Of a DNA stretch of 24,000 bases, positions 1 to 8,825 are shown piece after piece (the stretch's first letter is position 1; each line of letters opens with the position of its first letter). Origin of the DNA: Vibrio celticus (lineage in GTDB: Bacteria; Pseudomonadota; Gammaproteobacteria; Enterobacterales; Vibrionaceae); assembly GCF_024347335.1 (NCBI RefSeq), contig NZ_AP025464.1, forward strand, positions 982,517-1,006,516, given 5' to 3'. Below the pieces are notes generated by a model. It was not told where the DNA came from and did no database searches. It saw only the letters and a list, made by a program, of their open reading frames with translations. The position numbers and the translations under genes were made by a program.

Positions 1-621
1 AATCACATTCGATTCAGTGATATTGACCGAAAGCAGCATGAAGCTGAGATGTTGGAAATCCTAAAAGCACTGGCAAGCTGCATTAAGGCGGGTAAAATTC
101 GCCATGTCGGGCTTTCAGATGATTCTACTTGGGGCATTAACACATACCTCAAGCTGAGCGAGAAACACGATTTGCCACGTATGGTTTCGATCCAGAATGA
201 ATTTAGCCTACTGCACGCAAAAGACTGGCCATATTTGATTGAAAACTGTGTGCATGAAGATGTCGCTTACCTGCCATGGTCGCCTTTAGCTGCAGGCATG
301 TTGAGTGGAAAGTACATCGATGGCGCAAGACCGGAAGGCAGCCGTTGGACTTACATGCAACGTAAAGGCATCTTCCGTGACACTGAATCTGCCAACGAAG
401 CGGTTAAAGGCTATGTTGAAGTGGCTCATGCTCACGGGTTCACTCCAAGCCAACTGGCATTAGCTTGGTGTAATCAAGTTGATGGGGTGACGTCCACCAT
501 CATTGGTGCTACCACCATGGAGCAGCTAAAAGAGAACGTAGCCGCTTTCAGTAAACCGTTATCAGAAGAGATCCTGACTGATATCAACACGGTCTTTAAG
601 CGCTATCCTGCTCCGTATTAG
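1..621 (+). CDS. tas: Aldo/keto reductase, Tas-like, C-terminal part (5' end lies outside the window)
   Basis: Frame 1 is open from nt 1 (NHIRFSDIDRKQHEAEMLEIL...) to TAG at 619-621. The sequence looks like an AKR-family C-terminus (LPWSPLAAGMLSGKY, IIGATTMEQLKENV). A hairpin terminator follows. Confidence 0.8.
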   Translation, partial: NHIRFSDIDRKQHEAEMLEILKALASCIKAGKIRHVGLSDDSTWGINTYLKLSEKHDLPRMVSIQNEFSLLHAKDWPYLIENCVHEDVAYLPWSPLAAGMLSGKYIDGARPEGSRWTYMQRKGIFRDTESANEAVKGYVEVAHAHGFTPSQLALAWCNQVDGVTSTIIGATTMEQLKENVAAFSKPLSEEILTDINTVFKRYPAPY

Positions 622-661
622 GCTGCAGTTCAGCTTAACTTAGGTGAGTGAATCCCATAAG

Positions 662-690
662 AGCGCGCTATTTAGTGCGCTTTTCTTTTT
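662..690 (+). terminator. Rho-independent terminator after the aldo/keto reductase gene
   Basis: A 7-bp stem pairs agcgcgc (662-668) with gtgcgct (675-681), including one G-U pair. The loop is tattta and the trailing tract is tttctttttt. Confidence 0.6.
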
Positions 691-740
691 TAAGTGGATC
701 GCTTTTGCTTTTATATGGATCGCATTGAGTCATCACGCTT

Positions 741-767
741 TTGGTTCGCCAACCTTTGCTCTATAAT
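741..767 (+). promoter_or_regulatory. Candidate sigma70 promoter for the methyltransferase gene
   Basis: There is an exact TATAAT at 762-767, 28 nt upstream of the ATG at 795. TTGGTT at 741-746 gives a short 15-bp spacer. An AGGA ribosome-binding site lies at 784-787. Confidence 0.35.
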
Positions 768-794
768 GCGCGGGCTTATATCTAGGATAAAAAC

Positions 795-1529
795 ATGATT
801 TCAAAAAACCAATTAAAACTCCTTCGTGCTTTGGGCCAAAAGAAACAACGTAAAGCCCACAGCCTGTTTCTAGTTCAAGGTGAAAAGAACGTTCTTGAGC
901 TGTTCAATAGTGACTTAGTGGTGAAGAACGTCTTTGCTACCGCTGATTTCTTATCTGAAAATCATGCTTCACTGATTGAGTTTGATTGTGTTGAAGCCTC
1001 GCTGGATGATCTAACCAAAGCGAGCACTTTGGTCAGTAACAATGCCGCGATTGCGGTTGTTGAGATCCCAACCTTTGAACTACCAGAAGCGACAGGACTG
1101 ATGATTGCACTTGATGGCGTTTCAGACCCGGGCAACCTAGGTACGATTATTCGTGTAGCAGACTGGTATGGCATCAAGCATATCGTTGCGAGCAGCGATT
1201 GCGCAGACCCATATAACCCTAAAACGATCAGTGCAACTATGGGCAGCTTTGGCCGCGTGCACGTAAGCCAAACAGACTTACCCGCTTACTTAGAGCAAGC
1301 GAACCTGCCTGTTTACGGTGCTTTCTTAGAAGGAGAAAGTGTTCATAAGACTGAGTTTACTGCTAACGGTATTTTGTTGATGGGCAGCGAGTCTCACGGC
1401 ATCCGTGAACACGCGGCTAAATACGTGACTGATAAGATTACGATTCCAGCATTCGGTGGCGCAGAGTCTTTGAACGTTGCAATGGCGACAGGTATTATTC
1501 TCGACAACATGCGTCGTCAGCACAGCTAG
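795..1529 (+). CDS. TrmH/SpoU-family RNA 2'-O-methyltransferase
   Basis: The 244-aa ORF has an N-terminal substrate-binding-like region and SpoU motifs (LDGVSDPGNLGTIIRVADWYG, LLMGSESHGI, IPAFGGAESLNVAMATGIIL). Confidence 0.85.
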   Translation: MISKNQLKLLRALGQKKQRKAHSLFLVQGEKNVLELFNSDLVVKNVFATADFLSENHASLIEFDCVEASLDDLTKASTLVSNNAAIAVVEIPTFELPEATGLMIALDGVSDPGNLGTIIRVADWYGIKHIVASSDCADPYNPKTISATMGSFGRVHVSQTDLPAYLEQANLPVYGAFLEGESVHKTEFTANGILLMGSESHGIREHAAKYVTDKITIPAFGGAESLNVAMATGIILDNMRRQHS

Positions 1530-1570
1530 ACCTCTAAGCTAACTAGCCAATCGACAGTGTTCAGATATTA

Positions 1571-1606
1571 AAAAAGGCGTATTGATTAAATCAGTACGCC
1601 TTTTTA
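1571..1606. terminator. Bidirectional rho-independent terminator between convergent genes
   Basis: The sequence is aaaaaGGCGTATTGATTaaaTCAGTACGCCttttt. A long stem is flanked by an A-run and a T-run, and it lies between the stops at 1529 (+) and 1625 (-). Confidence 0.8.
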
Positions 1607-1624
1607 TTAAGTTCTTTTCAACAA

Positions 1625-1948
1625 TTACTTTTCTAGCATTGCCAACTTATCAGCGACACCATTCCACTTTTCAGCTTCTTCCATTGGTGCTTTTACTTCC
1701 GTTTGTACAGGCCAAATCTCAGCAAGTTCTGCGTTCACTTCGATGAAGATCTTTTGATCTTCTGGCAGTTCATCTTCTTGGAAGATTGCTTGAGCATCAC
1801 ATTCAGGTACACACAAGCCACAATCAATACATTCGATTGGGTTGATTACCATGAAATTTGGGCCTTCATGGAACGCATCTGCGGGGCACACTGCCACACA
1901 GTCTGTGTATTTACATTGAATACAATTATCGCCTACGACAAATGCCAT
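1625..1948 (-). CDS. fdxA: 7Fe ferredoxin (Azotobacter FdI type, one 3Fe-4S and one 4Fe-4S cluster)
   Basis: The 107-aa ORF begins [55 protein letters not shown]. This is the CxxCxxxCP / CxxCxxCxxxCP cysteine pattern, and the length is typical of FdxA. Confidence 0.9.
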   Translation of the reverse strand: MAFVVGDNCIQCKYTDCVAVCPADAFHEGPNFMVINPIECIDCGLCVPECDAQAIFQEDELPEDQKIFIEVNAELAEIWPVQTEVKAPMEEAEKWNGVADKLAMLEK

Positions 1949-2201
1949 GATGCTCTGCTCTATAAGTTAGTCAAAATTGAAGAATGGGGATAATACTCAT
2001 CCCAAAGCAAAATTCAACATCATACGGCTCTAATATCGTATCTATTTGCTCCATGTTTCCAAATTAGTATGACAGATAAATCAATTTCTCGTAAAATGCG
2101 CGCCATTGTGAGCTTATCGCTTCTTTGAGCATCAGCGTTTTCATCAAACTCTGTATTAAGAAACGATCTAGCTAAGACACCTATAAAAACGAGACATCGA
2201 A

Positions 2202-3833
2202 ATGATACGTTTAACCGAAATTAAACTCCCTCTAGACCATGAAGAGTCAGCGATTCAAGACGCTATTGAAGCGAAACTTGGTATTAACTCTGATCAGGTA
2301 CTCTCTTTTAATATCTTTAAACGTGGCTACGATGCTCGTAAGAAATCAAAGATCTTACTTATCTACACGCTTGACGTTCTCGTTGAAAACGAAGCTGAGT
2401 TGTTAGAACAATTCATTAGCGACCCGCACGTAAAAGTGACTCCTGATATGGAGTACAAGTTTGTTGCTAAAGCGGTTGAGAACCAAACTGAGCGCCCTGT
2501 GGTTATCGGTTTTGGCCCTTGTGGTCTATTCGCTGGCCTAGTGCTTGCTCAAATGGGTTTCAACCCAATCATCGTTGAGCGCGGTAAAGAAGTTCGTGAA
2601 CGTACTAAAGATACCTTTGGTTTCTGGCGTAAGCGTACACTGAACACTGAATCAAATGTGCAGTTTGGTGAAGGCGGAGCAGGTACATTCTCGGACGGTA
2701 AGCTATACAGCCAAGTTAAAGATCCAAAGCACTACGGCCGTAAGGTAATCGAAGAATTCGTTGCTGCTGGCGCACCAGAAGAAATTCTATACGTAAGTAA
2801 GCCACACATCGGTACCTTTAAACTGGTTACCATGATCGAGAAGATGCGTGCTTCCATCATTGAACTTGGTGGCGAAATCCGTTTCAGCACTCGTGTAGAC
2901 GACGTTCATATGGAAGATGGTCAAATCACTGGCCTAACGCTTTCTAACGGTGAAGAGATCAAATCTCGTCACGTGGTATTGGCTGTTGGACACAGTGCTC
3001 GTGACACGTTTGAAATGCTGTACGATCGTGGCGTTTACATGGAAGCGAAGCCTTTCTCTGTTGGTTTCCGTATCGAACACAAACAATCGATGATCGATGA
3101 AGCTCGTTTCGGTAAGAACGCAGGCAACCCAATCCTAGGTGCTGCGGACTACAAACTGGTTCACCACTGTAAGAATGGCCGCACTGTATACAGCTTCTGT
3201 ATGTGCCCAGGCGGTACTGTAGTTGCTGCAACGTCTGAAGAAGGCCGCGTTGTAACTAACGGAATGAGCCAATACTCTCGTGCAGAGCGTAACGCAAACA
3301 GTGCAATCGTTGTAGGTATCGACCCAGAACGTGATTACCCAGGTGATGCATTGGCTGGTATCCGTTTACAACGTGAATTAGAAAGCGGTGCTTATGTTCT
3401 TGGTGGCGAAAACTACGATGCACCAGCACAGAAAATCGGTGACTTCTTGAAAGGTCGCGATCCAAGTGCAATCGGTGAAGTACAACCGTCATTCACGCCG
3501 GGTATCCACCTGACTGATATTTCAAAAGCGCTGCCTGATTTTGCTATCGAAGCGATTCGTGAAGCAATCCCAGCGTTCGAGAAGAAGATCAAAGGTTTCT
3601 CTACGCCAGACGGCCTACTTACCGGTGTTGAGACACGTACGTCTTCTCCTGTATGCATCAAACGTGGCAAAGACTTCCAAAGCATCAACCTTAAGGGCTT
3701 CTTCCCCGCTGGTGAAGGTGCAGGCTACGCAGGCGGTATCCTGTCTGCTGGTATCGACGGCATTAAGGCCGCAGAAGCGCTAGCACTATCAATGGTAGAA
3801 CAGAACCAAGCTGAGAAGATTGAGATCGCTTAA
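2202..3833 (+). CDS. FAD-dependent oxidoreductase (COG2509-type, uncharacterised dehydrogenase)
   Basis: The 543-aa ORF has a Rossmann dinucleotide motif (VVIGFGPCGLFAGLVLAQMG...IIVERG). Its C-terminal region (FFPAGEGAGYAGGILSAGIDG) is typical of this family. Confidence 0.8.
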   Translation: MIRLTEIKLPLDHEESAIQDAIEAKLGINSDQVLSFNIFKRGYDARKKSKILLIYTLDVLVENEAELLEQFISDPHVKVTPDMEYKFVAKAVENQTERPVVIGFGPCGLFAGLVLAQMGFNPIIVERGKEVRERTKDTFGFWRKRTLNTESNVQFGEGGAGTFSDGKLYSQVKDPKHYGRKVIEEFVAAGAPEEILYVSKPHIGTFKLVTMIEKMRASIIELGGEIRFSTRVDDVHMEDGQITGLTLSNGEEIKSRHVVLAVGHSARDTFEMLYDRGVYMEAKPFSVGFRIEHKQSMIDEARFGKNAGNPILGAADYKLVHHCKNGRTVYSFCMCPGGTVVAATSEEGRVVTNGMSQYSRAERNANSAIVVGIDPERDYPGDALAGIRLQRELESGAYVLGGENYDAPAQKIGDFLKGRDPSAIGEVQPSFTPGIHLTDISKALPDFAIEAIREAIPAFEKKIKGFSTPDGLLTGVETRTSSPVCIKRGKDFQSINLKGFFPAGEGAGYAGGILSAGIDGIKAAEALALSMVEQNQAEKIEIA

Positions 3834-3876
3834 GCGCTTTCGATAAAGTAAAGCTAGATAGCGAACAACCAAAACT

Positions 3877-3912
3877 AAAAATCCAGTGTCTTGTCGACAC
3901 TGGATTTTTTTA
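3877..3912. terminator. Bidirectional rho-independent terminator
   Basis: The sequence is aaaaATCCAGTGTCttgtcGACACTGGATttttttt. The 10-bp perfect stem lies between the convergent stops at 3833 (+) and 3958 (-). Confidence 0.8.
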
Positions 3913-3957
3913 TTACATAAAGGTATCCAGAGTTATTAAGTCACGACTTCGTCAGCG

Positions 3958-5216
3958 TTACTTACAAGTCTCTTTTGACCAATTCACACCATCATCTGAA
4001 CACTCAAATAGACTTGTTCCATTTTGGTAATGATAACCTTTAGTCCAGCTACCATGAGAATCTCTAGACGTTATCGTTTGAGTATAATCAAACGGCGTAT
4101 TTTCAATGTACGCATACTTATGTCGGCTCCAGCTGTCAGAACCATATGAACTGTTGTCATTAAAATCTACCGATAGGTAGTTGAGTGCATCAAAGTCGCT
4201 GCGCGACACACTATCCAATGAATCACCGAGATTAACCCACTCTGGATGTGGTGCGTTATTCTCAAAATTAAATTTCGCTTGTACTTGGGTAAACTGATCT
4301 TTGTAGTCACCGACAAGATCTGCCGACAAGGTTTGCATGAATCCAGCACCGACATTTTGACGTGAACAACTGTCCCAATCAGGTTGTTTAGACCAACCAC
4401 GGTTCAACACACCAAAGGTCGTGAGTGAGTTAGGTAAAACCTGTTGCTTGATGGTCTCTTTCACCGAACATGAATATTCCGTTCCATCACTATCCAATGA
4501 GAACCAAGCTTCTTTGTCATATTCCAAGCCATTTTTCTTTTGGCTATTACGCTCAATATGCTTATTTAACGCCAGTTCGGTCTGCAAATCAGCGGACACT
4601 TCATGTTCAATAACAATTAGCTTGTCCGCGGTCATTACTGTTTTAACTTTATACCACTTATTAATTTCGTTCTTCTTAGTGTAATCCCAATGCTCCCAGT
4701 AATAATCAACATAGGCTTGCTGGGCTGTTGGGTTCTCTTTTTGAATCTCTTTCGTCTCTTGATAGGACTTTTTAATGGCAGGCATCATCTTCTGCGCTAA
4801 ATCGTAGAGCTCAGTGTTTTGATCTTTAACGAAATCACCATACAAGTCCTCGACTGCGATGTTGTATCGGTTCGCAATTCGGAAGTCATGCTCTTTCACA
4901 TTTTGGATAATGCTATTTTGGGTATTCACGGCTTGCTTCAAAGCAGAGCAACTGTTTAAACCACCTTTATACAAGTCGGCTTGGATCTCATTCCATAACA
5001 CGGTCGTAAGTGGCGTAGTCGACTTAATTTCTTGCTCAGAACTCACCGTCATGACTGGCGGAAATATTAACTGATAAGGTTCAGTAATCGGTGAGTTTGG
5101 GCTGTCTGCATCAATAGCGCCTACTGGCACATTCAATACGATGGGTGCATAGTCCATACAGTCTGAGTTAGAGCCCGTCAAAGATAGCTCATAGCTGCCC
5201 TCATGGTCCGTGACAC
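3958..5216 (-). pseudogene. Lipoprotein gene, C-terminal portion (separated from its 5' end by IS insertion)
   Basis: The ORF track starts at a TTG at 5181, but the frame stays open up to the IS boundary (…VTDHEGSYELSLTGSNSD…). There is no start codon or signal peptide of its own. It continues the frame of 8417-8628 once the IS and one target duplication are removed. Confidence 0.85.
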
Positions 5217-5382
5217 CAGGGCAAGATCATGAAAACCCCTTATGAAATAAGGGATGACGTGAAGTCATATTTTCACTAATTAGATACTGAAGTCACAATA
5301 ATCTCAATACATCCAAGATCGATTTGATGATCAGATTTAGGTGTGATCATATACTGTTTTTTAACAGCAGATATTTAGCCTA

Positions 5383-6295
5383 ATGAACGGATTAAGCCTT
5401 TTGGACCATATTTCAGTTATTCGAGACCCTCGCCAAGCCTGGAAAATAGAGCACACGCTAACCGACATTATCTTCTTAACAATTGCAGCAGTGATTGCTG
5501 GTGCTGAAGGTTGGGAGGATATTGAAGATTTTGGTGAAGATAACTTGGAATGGCTTAGACAGTATGGTGATTTCAAACAAGGCATACCAGTACACGATAC
5601 CATTGCCCGAGTTATCAATCTTATTTCCGCCAAGCAACTGCAACGATGCTTTACTGCGTGGATGAAAGACTGTCATGAGGTGACTGAGGGTGAAGTGATT
5701 GCTATCGACGGCAAAACTCTCAGAGGCACATACAACAAAGACAAGCGTTGTGGTGCAATCCATATGGTTAGTGCGTTTAGTGCTGCAAATCAAGTTGTGT
5801 TAGGGCAGGTTAAAACAGCAGACAAAAGCAATGAAATCAAAGCGATCCCCGAACTGCTTGAAATGCTTTCCTTACGAGGTTGCTTAGTGACGATTGATGC
5901 TATGGGATGCCAGAAGGATATAGCTGAAAAGATAGTCGGCCAAGATGCAGATTACCTCTTAGCGGTAAAAGGTAATCAAAAACGATTGGAGCAAGCGATT
6001 AGCCAAGTCTTTAATTCTAGTATGCTTAATAGTTTTGAAGGTGATAAATACGTCACTCAAGAGAAAGGACATGGTCGTACAGAAACGCGTTTGAGTATGG
6101 TTGTTCACAATACAGATTTCTTAGGCGATATAGCGCTTGATTGGGCGGGACTCTCCACCATTGGTATGGTCGTTTCAATTCGTCAAGAAGGTGATAAGCC
6201 AGCAGAAACAATGCAAATCAAGCACTACATAAGCTCAGCAAAACTGACGGCTAAAGCTTTACTAGAGAGCACGCGAGCACATTGGAGCATTGAAA
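5383..6295 (+). CDS. ISAs1-family transposase, exon 1 (interrupted by the intron)
   Basis: The N-terminus is MNGLSLLDHISVIRDPRQAWKIEHTLTDIIFLTIAAVIAGAEGWEDIEDFG, followed by AIDGKTLRG and TIDAMGCQKDIA, all typical of ISAs1 transposases. Family-like sequence ends at …RAHWSIE and the reading then runs into intron sequence. Confidence 0.85.
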
Positions 6296-6863
6296 GTGTG
6301 CCGCAGGCACATAGGTTAGCAGCATAAGGATGTGTTTCTAGTCTTGAGCATAAGCTCATGAAGAGATGGTGGTAGGTCCACCGAAGTCTGCTGTCGGAAG
6401 CTGGCTTCAAACCACTTCAAGTGGCTGTCATTAAGAGTGATGGTCATAAGCGTTGAAGTAAAAGTACGAACTCAAGTTCGGCAGGTAGGGTACAAAGAGA
6501 TGAGTTATAGCGAACCTATGTTGACGCGTCGTAATCCAGAGACTGACATCAAAATCGAGGGCGTTTCTATCTCTCGAGATAAGTTTGCAGGTTAATTCCG
6601 AATGCTGTGTAAGCGGTGTCCGGCGTATAGTGGGCATGACTTTGTATCGGGCTCTTTGTGGGAACTGCGGGAACCAGTCATCACAATGCTAAGGAAGAAG
6701 TACAAGTAACTGAATTTATGAGTATGAGAGTACCGATGTGTGATACTGGGACGGAGCAACTCGTAGTAGTGTTGAAGTGTTTGTAATGAACATGGAGCGA
6801 AGGGGTTGCGTCAAGCTGCTTGCATGTTTAGCTCAACTACCAAATGGTAGGAGGAAGCTATAG

Positions 6864-8111
6864 ATGGAAGCAAAACCATTTACCATTTCAAAGTGGGCAG
6901 TGAAGCACGCCTACGAATTAGTTAAAGCTAATAAAGGAAGTGCAGGAGTTGATAATCAATCTATTGAAGGTTTCGAAAGAAATCTAAAAGGTAATCTTTA
7001 TAAGATCTGGAATCGATTATCTTCTGGCACCTATTTTCCACCTCCAGTTAAAGCGGTAAGTATACCGAAGAAAAGTGGAGGAGAACGGATTTTAGGTATA
7101 CCAACGGTAAGCGATCGGATCGCACAAATGGTCGTAAAACTTGAATTTGAGCCAAAGGTTGAGCGGATCTTTTTGCCAGACTCATATGGGTATAGACCTA
7201 ATAAATCAGCGCTTGATGCTATAGGTGTCACTCGTAAGCGATGTTGGAACTATAACTGGGTACTTGAGTTTGATATTAAAGGGCTGTTCGATAACATTCG
7301 GCATGATCTGTTACTTAAAGCGGTATATAAACACACCAATCTCACTTGGGTAAGGTTGTATATAGAGCGCTGGCTAGTAGCACCGATGCAAATGGAAGAT
7401 GGCGACCTCAAAACTAGGCAGATGGGGACACCGCAAGGTGGCGTTATTAGCCCTGTATTAGCGAACCTATTTCTACATTATGTTTTTGATAAATGGCTAC
7501 AAAAGCATTTCCCCAAAACATTATGGTGCCGTTATGCTGATGATGGTTTGGTTCATTGTAATACTGAAAGCGAAGCTCAGCAGATGCTTGAGGCTCTGAA
7601 AGCTCGTTTTGAGGATTGTGGACTTGAGCTCCACCCCACAAAAACCAAAATAGTATATTGTAAAGATGGGAGTAGAAAAGGTGATTCGGAACATACCAGT
7701 TTCGACTTTCTTGGCTATACCTTTATGCGTAGGGTTTGCAAAAACTGGAAACGCAATAGCTTATTTTTAAGCTTCTCGCCGGCAGTGAGCAAATCAGCAT
7801 TAAAATCAATGAGATTGAAAATTAGAAAGTTACGAGTGCGGATGAAAACAGAACTTAGCATAGCGCAAATGGCTAAGTGGTTAAACCCAATGATAAACGG
7901 GTGGATCAACTACTATGGTCGCTACTATCGCTCGGCACTGTATGGCATGTGCAGGCACGTAAATAAAGCTCTGGTTCGTTGGGCGAGACGAAAGTTTAAG
8001 CCATTACGACGTCACAAAACACAAGCAATGAGATTCTTGGAAAGGATTTCAGAGCAGAACCCCCACTTGTTTGCCCATTGGAAGCAAGGAATGTTAGGTG
8101 CGTTTGCTTGA
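6864..8111 (+). CDS. Group II intron-encoded reverse transcriptase/maturase (no endonuclease domain)
   Basis: The 415-aa ORF has RT motifs (KKSGGERILGIPTVSDRIAQ, YGYRPNKSA, FDIKGLFDNI, GTPQGGVISPVLANLFL, RYADDGLVHC). It also has a maturase X region (INGWINYYGRYY). The protein ends soon after the X domain and has no HNH or Zn-finger segment. Confidence 0.92.
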   Translation: MEAKPFTISKWAVKHAYELVKANKGSAGVDNQSIEGFERNLKGNLYKIWNRLSSGTYFPPPVKAVSIPKKSGGERILGIPTVSDRIAQMVVKLEFEPKVERIFLPDSYGYRPNKSALDAIGVTRKRCWNYNWVLEFDIKGLFDNIRHDLLLKAVYKHTNLTWVRLYIERWLVAPMQMEDGDLKTRQMGTPQGGVISPVLANLFLHYVFDKWLQKHFPKTLWCRYADDGLVHCNTESEAQQMLEALKARFEDCGLELHPTKTKIVYCKDGSRKGDSEHTSFDFLGYTFMRRVCKNWKRNSLFLSFSPAVSKSALKSMRLKIRKLRVRMKTELSIAQMAKWLNPMINGWINYYGRYYRSALYGMCRHVNKALVRWARRKFKPLRRHKTQAMRFLERISEQNPHLFAHWKQGMLGAFA

Positions 8112-8114
8112 TGG

Positions 8115-8185
8115 GAGCGGTATGAATTGAGAGGTTCACGTACCGTTCTGCGAGAGGCTGTGGGGGAAGCTCCCACGGTCTACTC
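8115..8185 (+). ncRNA. Group II intron domains V and VI
   Basis: Domain V is 8115-8148, GAGCGGTATGAATTGAGAGGTTCACGTACCGTTC. It has a 10-bp lower stem containing the AGC triad, a 2-nt bulge (8137-8138), a 4-bp upper stem and a GAGA tetraloop. Domain VI is 8152-8185, a long helix with unpaired A8182 as the candidate branch point. Confidence 0.85.
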
Positions 8186-8188
8186 ACC

Positions 8189-8406
8189 ATCAGATGCACT
8201 GGCGATTAGACGTAGGTTTTAAAGAAGATGAATGTCGGATTCGTCGAGAGCAAGCTGGTGAGAATTTAGCAGTTATAAGACATATAGCTTTAAATCTGCT
8301 GACGGAAGAAACCAGCTTCAAAGCAGGGATCAAAAGAAAGCAGAAAAAAGCAAACCGTAGCAATAGCTACCTTTCGCAAGTCCTTGCAGTACAAGGGGCT
8401 TCGTAA
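8189..8406 (+). CDS. ISAs1-family transposase, exon 2
   Basis: It reads (N)[37 protein letters not shown]…, the conserved ISAs1 C-terminal block. The stop at 8404-8406 lies inside the right inverted repeat. Exons 1 and 2 total 1131 nt, giving 376 aa. Confidence 0.85.
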
Positions 8407-8416
8407 TCTTGCCCTG

Positions 8417-8628
8417 TCCGTGACACTGCTAGGCTCACCTTCATCTAATACGCCATTATAATTGATATCTAGAAACGCGGTCGCCCCGGAAATATACCCG
8501 TCAATGGCGACACCTTGTAAGGTTCTCGTTTGAGGAGCAGGAGCACTTGTGTTGCTACCACCGCCTCCTCCGCCACAAGCCGTAAGGCAACCAGCTATAA
8601 GTGCGATAGAAATAAGCCTAAGTTTCAT
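8417..8628 (-). pseudogene. Lipoprotein gene, N-terminal portion (signal peptide and lipobox)
   Basis: The ATG at 8628 has an AGGA ribosome-binding site. The sequence MKLRLISIALIAGCLTAC-GGGGGGSN… has lipobox LTAC. Native sequence runs to …EGEPSSVTD and then enters the IS inverted repeat. The remaining residues of the 112-aa track ORF are encoded by the IS. Confidence 0.85.
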
Positions 8629-8825
8629 TCGATTAGATCCTAATGAAATACATTATAAATGGAATTGTCATTGGGGGGATGACCGGAAATGACTGTGATA
8701 GTCATAGCCAGCCATAATAGCGATTGGCATTAGAAAGAAACACGAAAGGGTGATAGCCGATTCGTGCATGTTTTCATTTTGAACAGAAACTAAAAGATAG
8801 GGAAATGGGGTTAAAAATGGACTAA

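Larger units (their letters stand above)
6296..8188 (+). mobile_element. Group II intron (boundaries uncertain by about 2 nt)
   Basis: The 5' end GTGTG matches the GUGYG consensus. An RT/maturase ORF with a GGAGGA ribosome-binding site sits in the domain IV position. A canonical 34-nt domain V and a domain VI with a bulged A lie 3' of the ORF. Joining 6295 to 8189 restores the transposase frame as [14 protein letters not shown]. Confidence 0.85.
5217..8416 (+). mobile_element. ISAs1-family insertion sequence (about 1307 bp of IS) carrying a 1893-nt group II intron
   Basis: The imperfect terminal inverted repeats are CAGGGCAAGATCATGAAAACCCCTTAT (5217 onward) and CAGGGCAAGATTACGAAGCCCCTTGT (reverse complement from 8416). 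They are flanked by the 10-bp direct repeat tccgtgacac at 5207-5216 and 8417-8426. The element encodes an ISAs1/H-repeat-type transposase. Confidence 0.9.

Noticed and set aside
962-5074. Many 60-110 aa ORFs antisense to or overlapping the large genes, for example 962-1177, 1326-1523, 1703-1993, 2959-3231, 3256-3492, 3413-3688, 3541-3783, 4167-4400, 4421-4684 and 4859-5074.
   Set aside because: They are shadow ORFs inside well-supported genes. They have no start signals and low-complexity or odd composition.
6225-6637. Minus-strand ORFs of 61 and 68 aa inside the intron 5' region.
   Set aside because: They lie in the ribozyme domains (I-III) antisense to the intron. They have no ribosome-binding site and their composition looks non-coding.
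6864-8111. The reverse transcriptase could belong to a retron, a diversity-generating retroelement, or an Abi/UG-type defence system.
   Set aside because: The ORF has a maturase X domain. It is embedded in RNA with a GUGUG 5' end, a canonical domain V and a branch-site domain VI. Excising the element restores a host ORF. Together these identify an ordinary group II intron.
8556-8573. The Gly6-coding stretch (ccaccgcctcctccgcca) in the lipoprotein gene could be a slipped-strand phase-variation tract.
   Set aside because: It uses mixed GGN codons. It is neither a homopolymer nor a perfect short tandem repeat.
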